Of a stretch of DNA of 64,000 nucleotides, positions 61,046 through 64,000 are shown piece by piece; the first letter of the stretch is position 1, and every line of letters begins with the position of its first letter. Position numbers and translations under genes: made by a program. The stretch is taken from assembly GCF_964355755.1 (NCBI RefSeq), contig NC_092675.1, positions 20,680,912 through 20,744,911 of the forward strand. Direction: 5' to 3'. A model generated the notes under the pieces. It had not been told where the DNA came from. It worked only from the letters and a program-made list of their open reading frames with translations, and searched no databases. This stretch comes from Antedon mediterranea (lineage: Eukaryota; Animalia; Echinodermata).

Positions 61046-63622
61046 ATGGCGACTGTAACGGCGTGGCAACCTGAACCTGCCGGACTTGAACAAATTGTAC
61101 AGTTATTGAAAGAGTCTCAGAGTCCTACAACAGAGGTGCAACGAGCTGTACAACAAGTATCCTTTGACTATATTTTAAACTGAACAAATACCTCAGTACT
61201 CGATTTTAAACGTGTTTTTATTGTGCTTGTTTCACAGCCCCTCTAGCCTGGAGAGAGCTAACAGTAGCTAGCTAGGCCTAGGCCAGTCAACACAACGGGG
61301 TCACGTTGTTCTTCCGCATAATCCGTAGTGGATTGTTTCGAATTTGGGCGATAGACCTAAACATGAAGCAAGGTTATTTTCAACAATAACGATGCGTCAT
61401 GAATTGTTGTACGAATGAACATCTTTTAGTTATGATCATGATAGGCCTAGCCTAGATAGAAATAATAAAATTATTTCTTGAGAATTAAATTAGTGAGTGC
61501 TGTTAGAGTGTCAAGACAATTTTCAATAACTGACAATATTATTACTATATACTAGCCTAGGCCTATAGGCTATAGTACTATTAGGTAGGCTAGGAAATTT
61601 AGTTATATCGGTGCCTACTAAAGTACTAGGCCTAACCATAGAAATGTATATGTGGGTGGTAGAATGGAAATTCAATTATTAATTAGTTTGTCAAACAAAT
61701 ATTTATTATGGTTTACTCTGTAGCGATTATTCTATGAAACACAATTTTATTTTATATTATTTTATAAGCCTATGCTTAAAATATTTTCTCCGTGACCAAC
61801 AAGCATGAAGTGTAAACGGCAGTGAGAATCGCAGGTTTACCTAAACCTTGGATAACTAAAACAGAACCCACTCTGAATAAACCTGATGGTGGTCCTATGC
61901 ATTATTTTTCCCCTCTTTGATTGAAAGTACAGTTGCATGGTTTATCTTTTAAACAAAAATTAAATGTTGTATATTGCACAACAATGGTAAACTCACTGTA
62001 ACAGCCTAGCTCCTGATGATTTATTGAATTGTGATGAAGAATATTAAATCAAGCCATACAATTATAATCTATTTTCTCATAAGAATATAAATGACATGTG
62101 TTTGAATAAGAAAAGTTATAATTTGATAAATAAAGCATTTAAAAAAAATATAATTCCTTAATGTGTTTTAGAAATTGGAATCGCTAAATCAGTTTCCTGA
62201 TTTTAACAACTATTTGATATTTGTGCTGACTAAACTGAAAAGTGAAGGTAAACTTTAGTCATGTACATCATAAGTGGTTGTTGCACCAGGTGCACTAAGT
62301 TTGATTTTTCCATAATGCATACAGTTTTAGGCTCTTCTACCGGCCTAACATCGTGCTCCCGGTTTTCCACATTTTCCCCGGATTACTATTATTTAATATA
62401 TTATAAGACCATCTTCGGTCATGTTTTTATTTTTTCCCAATACTACTTGTCACGCACTGCACTCCTTACCTCTACTGGTCTCAATAATAAGTTGAGGGTG
62501 CTGTTGACCTGAACAAAACCCACCACTTCCCGTTTTTTAACCTCAGATGTTGGCATGTATGTATAAGATTGATTTTGTATAAAAACAATTTCACTTATAA
62601 ATCAAGATGGCATATACCTTTAGGGATCATTTTTGCATTACTTAGAATTGAGGACAGGTCTGTATCCCAGGTTAGATTAATAATTTTTTGATTGTAAATC
62701 TATTTTAATGTTTTGTATACAGATGAACCTACTAGATCTTTAAGTGGGCTTATTCTTAAGAACAATGTGAGGGCGCATTTTCACAACTTCCCAGCGGAGA
62801 CAACTGAATTTATCAAAAGAGAATGCTTGCAAAATGTAGGAGATCCATCACCGTTAATTCGGGCCACCATCGGTATCCTGATCACAACTATTGCAACAAA
62901 AGGAGAACTACAGAATTGGCAGGAACTTCTGCCGGCACTTTGTCATCTTCTGGATTCAGAGGACTACAACACATGTGAGGTGAGTTCTTGATATGCTGCA
63001 TAAAGCTCTGTCTACACAGTTATCAAACTAGCCCAAATGTGGTAGTGGTATTCCCAAATATGGGAGTGATATGACATCATGTCCATATATGGGCATATCA
63101 TTTTTTTTGTGATATAAAGTTTGATAGTGTAGACAGAGCTTAAGGGGATAGTATACAATGTTCATGAGTTGAATGGGTAGAAAGAGCACTTGAAACCGTC
63201 AGCCTAGTGAGTGGGAGCCAAGTTAAATAGTCAGTCAGGCTTTCGACGAACAAAACATATGTTTTATAATACACCTACTGTTCTAAAGTAAGTCTGCTGC
63301 TTATATCTTTAATCAATGTGGACCATTAGAAAAGGCATCACTCCTATTTTGGTTGTTGAGTTAGTAGCCTTACTTTGCCCAAAATATTTACAAACAGCTT
63401 CCATGTAATAGTACCATTAAATACAACTTTTTTCATCCAATAGAATGAATAGTAAATAGTCAATTTAAACTAGTGTTTTTTTTTATAGGGAGCATTTGGT
63501 GCGTTACAGAAAATATGTGAAGACTCTGCTGAGGTGCTAGACTGCGACAGCCTCAACAGACCACTCAATATTCTCATTCCAAAATTTCTAAGATTCTTTA
63601 AGCATACAAGTCCGAAAATAAG
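61046..63622 (+). CDS. TNPO1: Transportin-1 (karyopherin beta-2), first four coding exons; the gene continues beyond the window
   Basis: Exons 61046-61156, 62172-62247, 62723-62979, 63489-63622 give [27 protein letters not shown]|[25 protein letters not shown]|[41 protein letters not shown]|[29 protein letters not shown]. Confidence 0.96.
61157..62171 (+). other. U12-type (minor spliceosome) GT-AG intron, TNPO1 intron 1
   Basis: Donor GTATCCTTT; branch point TTCCTTAAT at 62154-62162, about 10 nt before the AG; no extended polypyrimidine tract. Confidence 0.92.
63004..63140. mobile_element. PIF/Harbinger-like MITE family A, TSD TAA
   Basis: TAA|AGCTCTGTCTACAC ... GTGTAGACAGAGCT|TAA with perfect 14-bp TIRs. 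Confidence 0.9.
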
Positions 63623-64000
63623 GTGGGTATACAGACACAGTTAAAGGGCTAAATCCTGCTTAAATTAAATTTCTTTAAATAATTAAAACAAAAATGAAAT
63701 GCGTTTTGTAGGTTTTTTTCAAAGCAAGTAAGTGATTTTTCAGCGGTTACTTAACACATTTAATAGTGTGTTTGTTACTTTGGATATTGATTTATTTATG
63801 ATAGTTTAAATATATTTAAGGGTGAAATTGTTAAATCTCGTTAATGTTCCAATCTATGTTATTGTTGCTTTTTTGAATTTATTATACTTTATTATGTTTA
63901 GATTCGACCTGTTAGTGGCGGTTTCTTTGCTGTTGGTTGTGAACTAAATAAAATAATAAAATAAAGTTTTGGTAATTTGTCATATTTTTCAATACATTTT

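Overview
AT-rich, intron-rich animal genomic DNA, probably a marine invertebrate deuterostome such as an echinoderm (inferred, not proven). It is not prokaryotic: there is no operon, CRISPR or rRNA. Four protein-coding genes were reconstructed by hand: a Di-Ras (DIRAS1/2-like) GTPase with a single-exon CDS (-, 7471-8070); complete SMC2 (+, 23 coding exons, 34490-55201, 1216 aa); a complete BTBD19-like gene (-, 6 exons, 56501-59867, 289 aa); and the first four exons of transportin-1 (+, from 61046), head-to-head with BTBD19. The rest is transposon debris: PIF/Harbinger MITEs, a 9-bp-TSD Mutator-like element, a Helentron-type HINE, Deu/Nin-domain SINEs, LINE fragments, fold-back minisatellite elements and a 15-bp satellite. 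The most notable observations are a U12 minor-spliceosome intron in TNPO1, three 23-38 bp palindromes with perfect 7-bp target-site duplications that look like P-element excision footprints, and strong clustering of the palindrome TAGGCCTA around promoters and first introns. I found no convincing new multi-gene system. All coordinates were read by eye, and repeat edges are approximate.
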